A stretch of 63,273 bases of DNA, filler included, from Octopus bimaculoides (Eukaryota), in assembly GCF_001194135.2 (NCBI RefSeq). It is 4 parts of 4 records of this genome, joined end to end, with 100 filler letters (N's around TTAATTAATTAA, not from the genome) between each part and the next. Parts side by side here need not be neighbours in the genome. Positions count along the whole stretch, not along the records: positions 1 to 26,788 come from NC_068997.1; 3 more parts are not named here. One strand, given 5' to 3'. Both the position numbers and the translations under genes were made by a program. Shown here piece after piece: positions 1-13,455 of the stretch (positions are counted from its first letter, which is position 1; each line of letters begins with the position of its first letter). The notes under the pieces were generated by a model, which worked only from the letters and a program-made list of their open reading frames with translations, searched no databases and had not been told where the DNA came from.

Positions 1-345
1 ATTTTGCATTTCATTCTTTTGGGGTCTATAAAAGGTGTACCAGTTGAGCACTGGGGTCAGTGTAATTGACTAAACTCTCCTTCAAAATTTCAGACCTTGT
101 TCCTATAGTAGAAAGGATTATTATTATTATTATTTTAGCAGAACTGTTAGAGTGTCAGGAAACTACTCTGTGGTATTTGCAGTACACTTCTCTTATTCTG
201 GTTTCAGAACCTGTTGAGGTCAACTTTGCCTTTCATCCCTTCAGAGTTGATAAAATAAAGTACCAGTCAAATTGTGGGCATGATAGTATCAGCTAATCCC
301 CTTACCTCAAAATTTCTGGCTTTGTGCCTAAATCAAAAAACAATT
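1..345 (+). mobile_element. Decayed fragments of tRNA-derived SINE family A (head ggcggcgagctggcagaatc, core ctttgcctttcatcctttcggggtcgataaa)
   Basis: Core motif ttgcctttcatccct..gttgataaaataaagtaccag at about 225-265, with (ATT)n tails; the same motif recurs many times in the window. Confidence 0.7.
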
Positions 346-361
346 ATTATTATTATCATTA

Positions 362-630
362 TGTGAGGACGCTTGGCCTTGTGGTTAACGTGTTGCACTC
401 AATATCATTAGATTGTGATTTCAACTCCTAGAGCAGGTGGTTCATTGTGTTCTTGAGCAAAACACTTAATCTCACATTGTTCTGTGATCACTTCAACACC
501 TGATGTGTAGTACACCATGCACCTGTTCACACACCTAATGTGATCTCTATAAACAAATCATTTGTGCAAGTTGTTTGGCAAATGCTGAACACTCTTATGT
601 CGTTTTCGATGGCAGAGTCTGTCATTATTA
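362..630 (+). mobile_element. Decayed tRNA-derived SINE
   Basis: tRNA-like head (tggccttgtggttaac ... gatttcaactcc), then gtgttcttgagcaaaacacttaat, ending in (ATT)n. Confidence 0.5.
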
Positions 631-631
631 T

Positions 632-1085
632 TATTGAGTGAGAGAGCAATGCATGCCATTGGGGTACAAATATATGAAACCCAGTATACCCATCATTACT
701 ACCCGTCTGATAAGGATACACCAGCCATATGCATCACAGTCGTGCACGACATGGTGATCTCATATCAAAATAAACAGCCCCTGACCTTGCAGGTGGATTT
801 CTGTTAGAATTTTCTTCAAGTTGAGTAGCCAATCCCATTCAAAAGATCCCTAAATAAGGGTTGTTTAAGGATGTTGAACAAAACAACAATGTTTCCAGAG
901 GTGAACCATTCAAACCTCAAAGAATCCCTCTCAGCACATGGCTATGATGCTCCCCCACTGCTCCTGCTCGTGATCAGGGATGCACATATTGTCAGCCACT
1001 AAGGGACATGCTCAACTGGTTATGGTCAAGCAAATCTGTGGTATTGAGCAGAATATTTGTTGTAGCCCATCTTTTATACCAATAT
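632..1085 (+). mobile_element. Dispersed repeat, probably a retroelement 3' end
   Basis: Homologous segments on the minus strand at about 55200-55330 and 61372-61680 (ctacccgtctgataag; gagcagaatatttg..gtagccc); followed by an (ATT)n tail. Confidence 0.65.
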
Positions 1086-1114
1086 TATTATTATTATTAT
1101 CATCATGATCATCA

Positions 1115-1525
1115 TCATCTTAGGTGGAGGATTGCTGAAATTTCTGCTCTTCACATGCTTGACTTAAATCCTTCCATGGTTAACTTTGCTTTTTGTTCTT
1201 TCGGGGTTGATAAAATAAAATACCTGTCAAGTACTAGGGTCAATATAATCAATTGACCCCTTCCTCGTAAAATTGCTGGTCTGGTGTCATCTTCAGAAAG
1301 AATTATTATTGTTATTATCAAGTGATGGAACTGGCAAAATTTTTAGTATGCTAGACAAAATGCTTAGCAGCATCTTGTCTGTTAAAATTCCACCAAGGTC
1401 AACTTTGCCTTTCATCCTTTTGGAATCAATAAAATAAGTACCAGTCAAGTACTAGAGTTGATGTAATTGACTTTTCTCTCCCCTCAAAAACTGCTGGCCC
1501 TATGCCAAAATTTGAACTCATTGTT
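1115..1525 (+). mobile_element. Two head-to-tail SINE family A copies
   Basis: Repeated aactttgc(c/t)ttt..cctt..ggg..gataaaataa..tacc core separated by (ATT)n. Confidence 0.7.
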
Positions 1526-1731
1526 ATTATTGTTATTAAATAATTATTAGCAACAGAAGCAATGTTAATCCCAAGAGGCAATCTTTATATCCAACTTAAT
1601 GTGGATGTTTTGTTAGAATGCCAAATACTGTGGTATTCACCTTGAGAGGACTTCTTAAATGGATGCATGGTGCATAAAAGCACATGTATTTATATTGCTG
1701 GCAGACAAAAATCATCTGCTATGAGTGCAGG

Positions 1732-1778
1732 AGCTGCCAGTTCATATGATTTTGGTATACATTTCTTCAGTGACAGCT
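1732..1778 (-). ncRNA. Type I hammerhead-like motif, unit 1 (core mutated)
   Basis: Minus strand: AGCUGUCA-CUGAAGA-aauguauacc-AAAA-UCAUAUGA-AC-UGGCAGCU. 8-bp helix I (7 WC + 1 GU) and palindromic helix III; G12>A and U16.1>A; helix II degraded. Confidence 0.55.
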
Positions 1779-2070
1779 GTCCATTAGCTGCATACCAACT
1801 AAATCTCACTGCAAATGATGTATAAAATTCCAGTGACTTTTGAGGCATTGATGTTGCAAATACACAGCAGGCTTATTAAAAAGTAATTATTAGTAATAGA
1901 AGCCATATTGATACCAAAAAGCAAGCTTTATGTCCATCTTAATGGGGATCTTTTGTTAGAATGCCACATATTGCTGTATTCACCTTGAGAAGACTTCTCA
2001 TATGGATGCGTAGTCCATAAAAGGGTAGATATTTATATCATTGGCAGATGAGAATCATTTATGGCACTGA

Positions 2071-2120
2071 AATTGCCAGATTACATGATTTCGATATACT
2101 GCATCTCCTCAGTGATAGCC
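2071..2120 (-). ncRNA. Type I hammerhead-like motif, unit 2 (core intact)
   Basis: Minus strand: GGCUAUCA-CUGAGGA-GAUG cagua UAUC-GAAA-UCAUGUAA-UC-UGGCAAUU. Full CUGANGA/GAAA/UH core, G10.1-C11.1 pair, 4-bp helix II, AUC triplet; helices I and III partly mismatched. Confidence 0.65.
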
Positions 2121-2770
2121 ACCAATTAGCTGTGTACCAGCCAAATCTTGCTGTCAATGATAAATAGAACTCCAGTGACTTCTGAGGCACTGATGTCACA
2201 AATAGCCAATAGGCTTATTAAAAATAATTATTTGCAACAGAAACAGTATTAATACCATGAGGCAGTCACATGATGTGGCTGTTCTGGTGCCCATAGCAAA
2301 ATACCCAGCCCGTGGTCACAACTGGCATACTTTTGATCACAAATCTGTCCAATCAAGATTAAACTGGAGCTAAATAACAAAAATACCAACCCAAACCAAA
2401 CCTGCCACACCCAAATATTTTCTTGCCAATTTCAATTTACTGAACATTAGACATTTTAATCTGTCTGAACATCAGTGGTGGTGGAGGTGGAGGATCTATG
2501 GTTGTCATGGTGACTGCACCCCTACTTCTTCCTCACTAAACCATACTCCCCCTATCATATATATGTATTTGATTATTATTTCTAGCTTTTATCTTTCTCT
2601 ACACCAACAATTTTAATTATTGGTGAGAACTAAAAAAATGTAATCTTCAAATTCTCATACTTCTCTTTAAATTTAATTAGTGAGCATTCCTATATATGCT
2701 AAGTAATATATACATTTTATGTGTATTTGTGGTGTGCATGTATGTGTTTTTTTTCTTTCTCTCTCTCACT

Positions 2771-2822
<52 letters not shown>

Positions 2823-3667
2823 TTCACTTTACAACCATGTGGCTTTAAATTTGGCCTCAATATGCCACACCTGAGGTAAATGTGTGTGTGTGAATATTCA
2901 CCATTTGAATGTCACCACTTGAGGAAAACAGTGATGTTGCTGATATTCTTTGTTGACATTGCAACCAGTTGCTCAGCACTTTTGAAAACCTGTGGAATTA
3001 AAAATATCTCTTACTTGAAAAACATGTAAAGATTGGTGACAGGAAGATTGTTAGAAAATTACTATTTTTAGATCTCACAATGAGAGATATTCAGCAACAG
3101 TACTTTGGAGTAAAGATTGTTTGCCATCATAACATGGCAAAGATGAATTAAGATGTTGTCGTTGTCAACGTTAGATGCAGTAAGAGATGATAGTAGCAAT
3201 ATTGGCAGTGAGAAAAATCATAGTGTTGTAATGTGGAGACAGCAAGCAAATGACTTCCTGGTGCAAATGCAAGCTAGACTCCCAAAATGGAGAAAAACTG
3301 GTCTATTTAAGGAAATTGCTGGGTTCCTTTGCGATCGGTAGAAACTCCAAGCAATTTAAAATATGACCTGGACTGTGATTACTAGCATGAATGTCAAACT
3401 TCAAAAAGTAGTTGACCAATGGTTTTAATAAATTTATACAAAAAAGTAAGCATTATACTGTCCAGCATAAATAAAAAACAACTTCATTATATTTTTCTGT
3501 AAAAACCTATTCTGACATTGAATGAGTCAACTTCCTGTATGTCATTTTTCAATAAAATGAATTTCTAAACAAAATTCTGGGAACGATCTACTCACGTAAT
3601 TTACACCCCACCTAAAGTTTATTTTTGTTTTTGCAAAAAAAGTGCATAAATTACATGGGTTTTTATG

Positions 3668-3712
<45 letters not shown>

Positions 3713-3791
3713 GTGTGGCTGTGTCGTAAGAAGCTTACTTCCCAACCACATGGTTCCGGGTTCGGTCTCACTTTGTGACATCTTGAGCAAG

Positions 3792-3822
<31 letters not shown>

Positions 3823-3839
3823 TTTATATATAGATATAT

Positions 3840-4240
3840 AAGATCAAAACAAAAAATGGAACAAGAATGTAGCAGACAACAAGAAAACATTTGGGCAGTA
3901 GGTGATACAAAAAAGGACAGGGAAAAACAGACGGGTCATTCGGAACTTTCACTCTTCAGTCAAGAAGCAGATCGTCTTTGCAGTTTTGGCTGGTTAATCT
4001 AAGTGCTAAGGGCACTAGATTCTTTGGAAGAAAGCAAGCAAATGTATACGAAAACAAGGACGAAAAGAAAAATAAATGGAGAAATGGTACACAATTACAA
4101 ATACAAACAACTGGACATTAACATTAACTAGGGACGAATTAAATTAAGCTGGCGTGTGTGGAAGTGAAGCCTTATGGCAGGAACATAGATAAAAGTCATG
4201 GGAAGAAATATGAGAGATGCTACATGGATGGTAGTCGAAC
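3840..4240 (-). mobile_element. Unclassified retroelement terminus (possibly Penelope-like)
   Basis: Minus strand aaccagcc.aaa.tgc.aaga..atctg...ccgaatgacccgtc is homologous to 28790-28850 on +; family assignment is from memory only. Confidence 0.35.
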
Positions 4241-5024
4241 CAAGAAAAAAAAATATATATATATATATACACACACATACATACATACACGCATAGTAAT
4301 TTTGTAGTTGAGTGAGGTGAGTTTTGTTTACGCACTTGAAAGGTCAGTAAATCGAAATGCAAGATTAAAACTGGTGCTGCCTAATTTGAGCTATCTGTAA
4401 AGATAAGATAACACATTGATCTCTTAAAGTACAAAACTGCTATTTTTTCTTTTTCTTTTTTGTTTCTTTTATTTACTTTTTGATATTTTTTTGGTTAAAA
4501 TTATAGATTTTCAACAGTTTTTAAATAGAATACTTGTTGGTTACTTGTGTTGCTGGAATGAAGGTGTAATATATAGTGTGTGTGTGTGTCTATATGTTCT
4601 GTGAGTGTGAAATAGGAAGAAGCAGATATATGTGTCTTGCATTTGTGTATGTTTGTCTTCAGCTGTGGACTGGCTGCTGTTATCCTCCTCATCTTAATCT
4701 TCACTGATGTCTTCATCACCATTTACTGCTGTTGATGTTGTTCAACCTCAAGTGAACTCTGAACAAACAAACCTATCAAAGACATTCCATATACGAGGGG
4801 CTTCTTTTCAGTTTCTGTCTATCAAATCCACTCACAAAACTTTGGTCAGCCTGAGCCTATAATTATGTGGTTGGGCAACAAATTTCCTATGTAGCCATCC
4901 TATATATTTTGAGATAGTCTATCTAGGACTACTTTGCCTAATGTTTCTTAAGGATTTTGAAGGTGATATGGTGTCATTCGACTGGTTATTTAACCCCTGA
5001 GATGAGCTTTAAGGAGATCTATCT

Positions 5025-5247
5025 TTTATCTTTTACTTTTTTCAGTCACTAGACTGCTGCCATGCTGAGGCACCACCTTGAAGAAACTTTAGTTGAATGA
5101 ATTAGCCCCAATACCATTTTTTTATCCAAGCGTGGTATTTATTCCATTGGTCTTTTTGGTTGAACCACTAAGTTACAGGGATGTAAACACACCAACACTA
5201 GTTTTCAAGTGGTGCTGAGGAGAAATACAAACACACACACTATATAC

Positions 5248-5314
<67 letters not shown>

Positions 5315-5470
5315 GGGCTTTCAGTTTCCGTCTTCCAAATCTGCTTATATGGCTTTGGTTGGTCAGAGCCTAGGAGAAGTTACTTGGCCAAGTTGTCATG
5401 CAGTGGGACTGAACCTGGAACTATATGTAGTTGGGAAGCAAGCTTCTTATCACACAGCCATGCCTGTGCC
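5025..5470 (-). mobile_element. tRNA-derived SINE family B with internal (TA)n
   Basis: Head at about 5310-5470 and tail at 5025-5230 match family B copies at 9900-10330 and 46445-46850. Confidence 0.75.
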
Positions 5471-6634
5471 TACACTTATGATGAGTAAAAATAGAGAAAA
5501 AAAGAAATGTTCCAGCTTTGATCTTCCCATTTATTTTCAGACAGTCTGTCTAGGACTGCATTATCTAATGTTTGCCAGGTTTTTTAAGATGGTAAGATGT
5601 GGTTTAAGGAGTGTTTGGCTACTATTTCTGGCAGGTTAAATGACCATGTACATGCTTTTACAGTTGTAATGTGTTGAAGGAATTTTTGAAGAGTTTTTTT
5701 TTTTACCATATCTGCCTCAAATGATGCCAGCCACTAACTAAAACTAAAATATTCTCAGAATATTGTCCTTTGGGAAGCAGCATCTACATTCCTGACCTCG
5801 TAAATTCTTTATTTTTGATTCCATATGAACCAAAACTCATTAGTCTTATGGCTATGTGCATGTGTGTCTGTATGTGTAGAGATGTGTGTGTGTGTGTGCA
5901 TGTAGATATGTTTCTATATGTATAAGTGTGTGAGAAGACATGTGTGTCTGTATGTAAATATATGTGGCTGCATGTGTAGATATATGTACCTGTATATAGA
6001 TGTGCAACTCTGTGTAAATGTGTTTATAGATGCTAATGTGTGTGTGTGTGAATGATTTCTTTATTATGCATGTGTATATATATGTTTGTAGTTGTGTGTG
6101 CATTATGTAGTATGTGTTTTATACAAGTCTGTATGTATGTATGTATGTGTATGTATTCAATTGTAGATGTATGTATGAGTGTGTGTGTAAATATATATGA
6201 TTTTGCATATATGCATAGCTAGGTACTTGAATTTATGTATGAATATATGTATGTAAATATATGTTTGTGTGCATACATATATGTATATATACTTATATGT
6301 ATCTATGTTATGTGTATGTATACATAGCATGTATGTATGTATGTGTGTGTGCAGCGTATATATATATATATATATATANNNNNNNNNNNNNNNNNNNNNN
6401 NNNNNNNNNNNNNNNNNNNNNNNNNNNNNNNNNNNNNNNNNNNNNNNNNNNNNNNNNNNNNNNNNNNNNNNNNNNNNNNNNNNNNNNNNNNNNNNNNNNN
6501 NNNNNNNNNNNNNNNNNNNNNNNNNNNNNNNNNNNNNNNNNNNNNNNNNNNNNNNNNNNNNNNNNNNNNNNNNNNNNNNNNNNNNNNNNNNNNNNNNNNN
6601 NNNNNNNNNNNACACACACATGATGGGCTTATTT

Positions 6635-6985
6635 CTGTTTCCACGTAAAATACACCATTTCGAGCGTGGTTGTTGCCAGTAAGACATTCGAGCGAGATTG
6701 TTGCCAGTGCCGATGGACTGGCTCCTATGCAAGTGGCACGTAAAATACACCATTTTGAGCATGGCCGTTGCCAGTACTGCCTGACTGGCCTTTGTGCCAG
6801 TGGCATATAAAAGCACCCGCTACACCCTCGGAGTTGTTAGCGTTAGGAAGGGCATCCAGCTGTAGAAATTCTGAAAAATCAGATTGGAGCCTGGTGTAGC
6901 CACCTGGTCCACCAGTCCTCAGGCAAATTGTCCAACCCATGCTAGCATGGAAAGTGGACGTTAAACGAGGATGATGATGATGATC
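6635..6985 (+). mobile_element. RTE-LINE-like / SINE 3' tail ending in (GAT)n
   Basis: gttaggaagggcatccagc ... ccaacccatg.tagcatggaaag.ggacgttaaacga(tga)n; further copies at 9430-9540 and 15305-15625. Confidence 0.65.
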
Positions 6986-7493
6986 TATCAAATCACTTCA
7001 CAAGGTTGTGGTCAGCTTTGGGCTATAGTAGAAATCTGCCCTGGGTGCCACACAGTAGGGATGAACCCAAAACCACATGGTAGTGAAACAAGTCGCTTAA
7101 CTACACAGCTACAAACAGACACATGCATGCATGTGTGCGCGCACACACGCGCACACACACGGTTATATGATTGCCTGGCATATGACTGGTACCTGGTTCA
7201 AAACAATTGACAATAAAAGCGGGTGGAGCCATGGGATAAGCAAATGGAAAAGGAAAGAATTTTGAATGGAGTCACTTGTATGTAGGAATGAAGCAGCAGT
7301 TCAGCATTGTAACCAGAGGCTGAATAAACCTCATCTCTATCACACAAACATTATATCTGTTGGTGTGAATAGTTATGGGAAGAATTTTCTTTCAGTGAAA
7401 TTCCATTGTATGACGGAAGCCCTGCAGCAGACACCTATAAATAACTATAGAAATAGTTCCGTAAAAAGTGGGGGGAAAATAGTGAAAACACTG

Positions 7494-7525
<32 letters not shown>

Positions 7526-7837
7526 GACTCTCTCTCCCTCTGTTTGACTCTCTCTCTCTCTTGCCGTCTTTTTCTCTATTCTTATTCTTCCACTTCTTTT
7601 TCTCTATTCTTATTCTTCCACTTCTTTTTCTTTCTCTGTCTCCTATCACTCTTCTGCTCTCTCCATTTCTCTTTGTTTCTCAACTCACTTTTCCGCTTTT
7701 TCTTTCTCTGTTTCTCCTATCCCATTCCCCTTCCCTCTTTCTCATTTTCTCTTCATCTCTTCCCTCTCTCTCTGCCTCCCTCCTCTTTCTCTCTATACTC
7801 CTCTTCTACTTTTTCTTTCTCTCAATTTCTTTTCTCT

Positions 7838-7875
<38 letters not shown>

Positions 7876-8853
7876 NNNNNNNNNNNNNNNNNNNNNNNNN
7901 NNNNNNNNNNNNNNNNNNNNNNNNNNNNNNNNNNNNNNNNNNNNNNNNNNNNNNNNNNNNNNNNNNNNNNNNNNNNNNNNNNNNNNNNNNNNNNNNNNNN
8001 NNNNNNNNNNNNNNNNNNNNNNNNNNNNNNNNNNNNNNNNNNNNNNNNNNNNNNNNNNNNNNNNNNNNNNNNNNNNNNNNNNNNNNNNNNNNNNNNNNNN
8101 NNNNNNNNNNNNNNNNNNNNNNNNNNNNNNNNNNNNNNNNNNNNNNNNNNNNNNNNNNNNNNNNNNNNNNNNNNNNNNNNNNNNNNNNNNNNNNNNNNNN
8201 NNNNNNNNNNNNNNNNNNNNNNNNNNNNNNNNNNNNNNATTTCGAGAACAGCTTTCTCCCTCTCTTTCTCTCTCTCCCTCTCTCCCTCTCCCCGCCTCTC
8301 TCTCTCTCCCTATCTTTCTCTCTCTCTCTCATTTCTTAGTGACACCTTCAACAATGGAAACAAATCTCTTCAATCAGTCAGTTGTTATTCATGTTACTAC
8401 TGTTGTTGTTCTTGTTATTGAGGTTGCTGCTGATCAAAGCCATTTAGCCATGATCATCCCAGCTTATATGTAAACAATGTTATCCAGTCCTATTATGTCA
8501 GTTGTGTGTTCTCTTCTCTAAGACATTCAGGTGTGGTTTGAGAGGAATTTGGCTGTTTTTTCTAGTACACCATGTGACCCTGTATAAGGTCTGTCTGTTA
8601 CTCTTCATAAGTCCCCAGGTCATTCCTGATCCATGCCCTATGCTTAAAGACATTCCAACTACGACTATCCTGTCTTTTTCCTGTCTGCAGGGAAACCAGG
8701 ACTGTATTCTCCAATGTAGGCTTTTCTAAAACAGAGGGAGATTTCTTTACTATTTCTAGCTGGTTAAATGACCAAATAGTAACTCTTTCATTGGTCCATT
8801 TCTGCTAATAGTTTTTGTGTTGTTGCCTTTTGTTCTTTTTTCTCTCTACCTGT

Positions 8854-8959
<106 letters not shown>

Positions 8960-9899
8960 CTCTACCATAATTCTCCTCCTCCCTACCTCTACCATCTCTG
9001 TCTTCTTCCTCGCCACTTCTTCACTCTTAATCTTCTACCACCTCCCTCTCTCTACCTCTGCCTATCACTCTATCCCCCTCTAATTTTGCACATACTCCAC
9101 TGTTTCTCTCTCTTTCTCTGTACCTCTCTAATCTCCCCCCCCTTTTTTTAACACTACCCATTTATCTCTATCAACCTTTTTCTGTGTGTCTTTGTGTCTG
9201 TATTTGTTCCCCACCATTGCTTGACAACTGCTGTTAGTGTGTTTATGTCCCTGTAACTTAGCAGTTCAGCAAAAGATACCAATAGAATAAGTACCAGGTT
9301 TAAAGAGAGAAAAAAAAAGTACCGGGGTCGATTCATTCAACTAAAATTCTTCAAGGTGGTACCCCAGTTTGGCCGCAGTCTAATGGCTGAAATGAGCAAA
9401 AGATAAAATATACGAATATACTCATATATCAATTAGATTGGAGCCTGTTGTAGCCATCCGGTTGCACCAGTCCTCAGTCAAATCGTCCAACCCATACTAG
9501 CATGGAAAGCGGACGTTAAACGATGATGATGATGATGATCCCTAGGGCCAACCTCAAGCATGATGCTCTTGCCAGTAAGAGTTTCTTCAAAGATATCCAT
9601 GTTTTGCAACCATCATAATATAGTGCAATAATAAATTCCACAAATGGTTCCATACAGTTACTCTCAAGGCATTGTTTGTCTGAGACTGTAGTAAGAGACA
9701 CCAATTGGCATTACCCAAGATCACATGTAGTGAAAAGTACCTCACTACATCTAATTATAATGCACCCTCAGTGGTTCACCAAGCTTTTTTTTTCTCACCA
9801 TGGACTGTTGCATTGTGAGACAATTTTTCCAAAGATTGTGGGATCACATGCATAAAACAAGACACCGTAAGGTGCACAATATATAGCTTAATTATTACA

Positions 9900-10330
9900 T
9901 AGAAGCATGGCTGTATGGTAACAAGTTTGATTCACAACAACATGGTTCTGGGCTCAATCCCACTGCATGGCACCTTGGACAAATGTCTTCTATTATAACT
10001 GTGGGCCAACTGAAGCCTTGTGATTGGATTTGATAGATGGAAACTGAAATCCTTGTGTGTATGTGTATGTGTATAAATATATATATGTAAAACTCTGTGT
10101 GTGTGTGTGTGTGTGTGTTTCTGTGTCTGCATTTGTCTCCCACCACCACTTGACAACTGATGTTGGTGTGTTTACATTCCCATAACTTTGTGGTTTGGCA
10201 AAAGAGACCAATAGAATAAATACCCATCTTAAAAAAAGAATAAGTATCTGAGTCGATTATTCAACTAAAAGTTCAAGGTGGTGCTCCAGCATGGCTGCAA
10301 TTAAATGACTGAAACAAGTAAAAGATAAGA
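9900..10330 (+). mobile_element. Full-length SINE family B, CpG-decayed
   Basis: tRNA-like head, central (TG)n, tail aaggtggtgctccagcatggc..aatgactgaaacaagtaaaag. Confidence 0.8.
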
Positions 10331-10721
10331 GAGAATGTAAAAATACCCTGCAGGCTGTGATAGTCAATAAGATTTTAAAACTTATTCTTCCTGTGCCGCT
10401 TGATACCAAATAATCCATGGCTTGGTGGTTGGGAAACCCCTGCTGCAGAGTATATAAATATGAGTATAGTTGGTGAATTGGCTCAGTGAATTGGATGATG
10501 GAATGTCTCACACTGGCCTCTCACATGTCCCCTACAATGTCATTCTAAAACTAAACAATCACGTCATTGAAATTTTGAAACTATGAGATAATGTATGATT
10601 AATTCAAAACTATGTGAATCAATAAGAGTAATCTGAGTGTTAAAGGGTTAATCAAACAATTGATCAGTTAACTGGTGAAATGATTAACCAAATGGCTAAT
10701 AAAAATAAAGAAGTGAAATTG

Positions 10722-10755
<34 letters not shown>

Positions 10756-11568
10756 CTTTTATTATTGACATTATGATCCTCTCATGATACAACAAAATCT
10801 GTTTTGACACATGAGTTCACCTCAGGAATCTTGCAAACCAAACACAAAACTCAAAAACTTAGCAATCATCCAATTTAATACCACATCCTGGCACCTTCAG
10901 TACCTTTAGTGGAGTCTACCCAGTTGTAAGCATTCAGACTACATTTGTGGTATGAGGTTACCTCAAGGTAATGATGGCAACCATGTTAGTAGTGGTTATG
11001 TTGATGGTAGTGAAGACAATGATAGGGCAGAGATGATGATGATGGGTTGATGACAACTATGGTGATGATGAAAATTGATAATAAAGATTATGCTCCAACA
11101 GTTCTTTGAAACGGTAGTGCTAAATTTTTAAAAAATCAACAAAGCGAAAACAATCCAATGTCCCATCCAACAACTGGACATTGGCCATATCAATCTTAGC
11201 AAGTTTGTTGGGGAGCTGTGAGGAGGTCAGTCAAGAAGACATAGCCTTATTCCACTTTAAAAGAATATATGTATATAAAAAAAAAAGATGTTGAAGAAAT
11301 ATATAAAATATTTTTTATCCTGTTCACTTGCTCACCCCCAACTTTGTCTATTTTGGTTTTTCATTTTTGAGAGGCAAAGAAAAGCAAATGTTCAAAAAAA
11401 GGCAACAAATATATATTCCTTGCTCCTTACATTCAGTTTTCTGTTATAACAGGGAAAATATCTGAAGGGTTCATGACCCCTATTTCAGAAACTCCATGAA
11501 GAAGCCTAAATTTTATTTTGTATTCTTTGTATTTTTTTTTCCTTATTTCTCTTTCTCTCTCAAATCAG

Positions 11569-11598
11569 GAAAGCAGGAGAGAAAACAAAACGAAAGAG
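11569..11598 (+). other. Candidate 30-nt internal exon
   Basis: Long polypyrimidine tract + tcAG | gaaagcaggagagaaaacaaaacgaaagag | GTaagg; purine-rich and open in all three frames. Confidence 0.4.
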
Positions 11599-12734
11599 GT
11601 AAGGTAGTTGTTGTGAGTGTATACATATACTATATATACACATGTATAGATATATACACACATATATATAATATATATATTATACATATCATATTAGATA
11701 TATATTATATATTTATATTATATAATATATATATGAGATAATATATACTATATAATATATATTATATATACTATGCTGTATATCTCTTCAGCTTGTTCAT
11801 GATCTGTGCATCATGGGAAGCCTTATTACAGTGAAAATATTATTATTGTATTCAATAAACTCTGTGAAAGCCTCTTATTCACCTGATTATTCTCAAGCAA
11901 TGAAACTCTTCTCTTTTTTTTTTTTTTTTTNNNNNNNNNNTTTTTTTTTTTTTGTTTTGGTGAAAAAATGTAATCAAAGTTGACATTAACTGTGCTGCAC
12001 TTTCATGGAATTACCAATCTCCCTTTATTATTTATTATTATTATTATTATTAGTATTTTATTTACTGCTGTTGTTGTTATTATTATTATTATGTTAAGGT
12101 GGTGGAGCTGGCAGAAACGTTAGCACACTAGACAAAATGCTTAGTGGCATTTTGTCCCTCTTTCTGTTCTGGGTTCAAATTCCATTGGGATCAACGATTG
12201 CTTTTCATCCTTCCAGGGTTGATAGAATAATTATCAGTTAAGCACTATTATTATTATTATTATTATTATTAAAAAAATCATTATTATTATTATCGGTTGT
12301 GAATTGGCAGAAGTGTTAGATCATCAGACAAAATGTTTTGTGGTATTTAGTTATGGCTCATTACATCCTAAGTTCAAATCTTGTCATGGTCAATGAAATA
12401 AAGTGCCAATCAACTCCTGGGGGTTGATTATATGAATTATTATTATTATTGTGGTTTGCTGTGATGCTCTTATGGTTACTGTATTGAAATTATTATTATT
12501 ATTATTATTATTTTCCCAATATTAGCGAAAACAAAGTCTGGAAGACGCACAATGTAAAAGTGTACCCTTAATGCAGATCTGAAGAAGTGCCACTCTAATG
12601 TCTAAAACTGTGAATACTATGCAAATTTTCACCTTGAACTTTCACATAAACTGACATTGAAAGCAGAATAGTACGGAAACAATTGTAACTGATCATTAAA
12701 GATGTGTTAAAGATTTTTCTTCTTCCTATTGGGG

Positions 12735-12778
<44 letters not shown>

Positions 12779-13254
12779 CAAGAAATTTAACATAGAAAGT
12801 AAGTAAAATGCAGACGACACACACATGGAAACATTTATTTCCTCAGTTGTTGACTGAAGGTCAAGGCAATTTCAACATAACATATTTAAGTCTGTCTATC
12901 TAACAAAAAGAATGAGCTTGTATGGCTAAGACAACCAAAACATGCTTATATGTTGTACAAATGTTTTAATACTATTGAATTTTTTCAAATGTATACTTTT
13001 GGGAAAAGCAAAAATATTTCAACATTTTTTCAACTGTCAGGCATTCAATGATATATAATAAATTTTTATTCATCTTTCTCTTTCTTCCATTGAATCAGTT
13101 TTGTGTCTTTAGTTCTCTTAGATGAAATTCATACATACATATATATATAGAGATTGATTATTGATTCATTCATTGGTTGGTTGAATGAACAGAATGGAAA
13201 ACAATAATTCCAAAGCACTCAATAGTAAAAGTAGAATAAATAAATAGTAATCAT

Positions 13255-13455
13255 TTCTACTCAAGGCACTAGGCCCAACATTTCGGGAGAGGGGCCCAGT
13301 CGATTAGATCGACCTCAGTATTAAACTCGTATTTAATTTATCAACTCTGAAAAGATGAAAAGCAAAGCCGACCTTGGAAGAATTTGAACTCAGAACGTAA
13401 AGACAGATGAAATACTGCTAAACATTTCACCTGGCGCGCTAATGTTTCTGCCACC
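13255..13455 (-). mobile_element. SINE family A copy
   Basis: Reverse complement of the family A head and core (aatttgaactcagaacgtaaagacag; gatgaaaagcaaagccgacc). Confidence 0.75.

Larger units (their letters stand above)
1541..2268. repeat. Diverged tandem repeat, ~342-bp unit, about 2.1 copies (retrozyme-like)
   Basis: Unit starts taattattag/taattatttg at 1541, 1884 and 2225; shared blocks include ttttgttagaatgcca, gtattcaccttgaga, ccagtgactt.tgaggca.tgatgt and ggcttattaaaaa. Confidence 0.9.

Noticed and set aside
3153-3341. 62-aa non-repetitive ORF
   Set aside because: No recognisable domain and weak splice signals.
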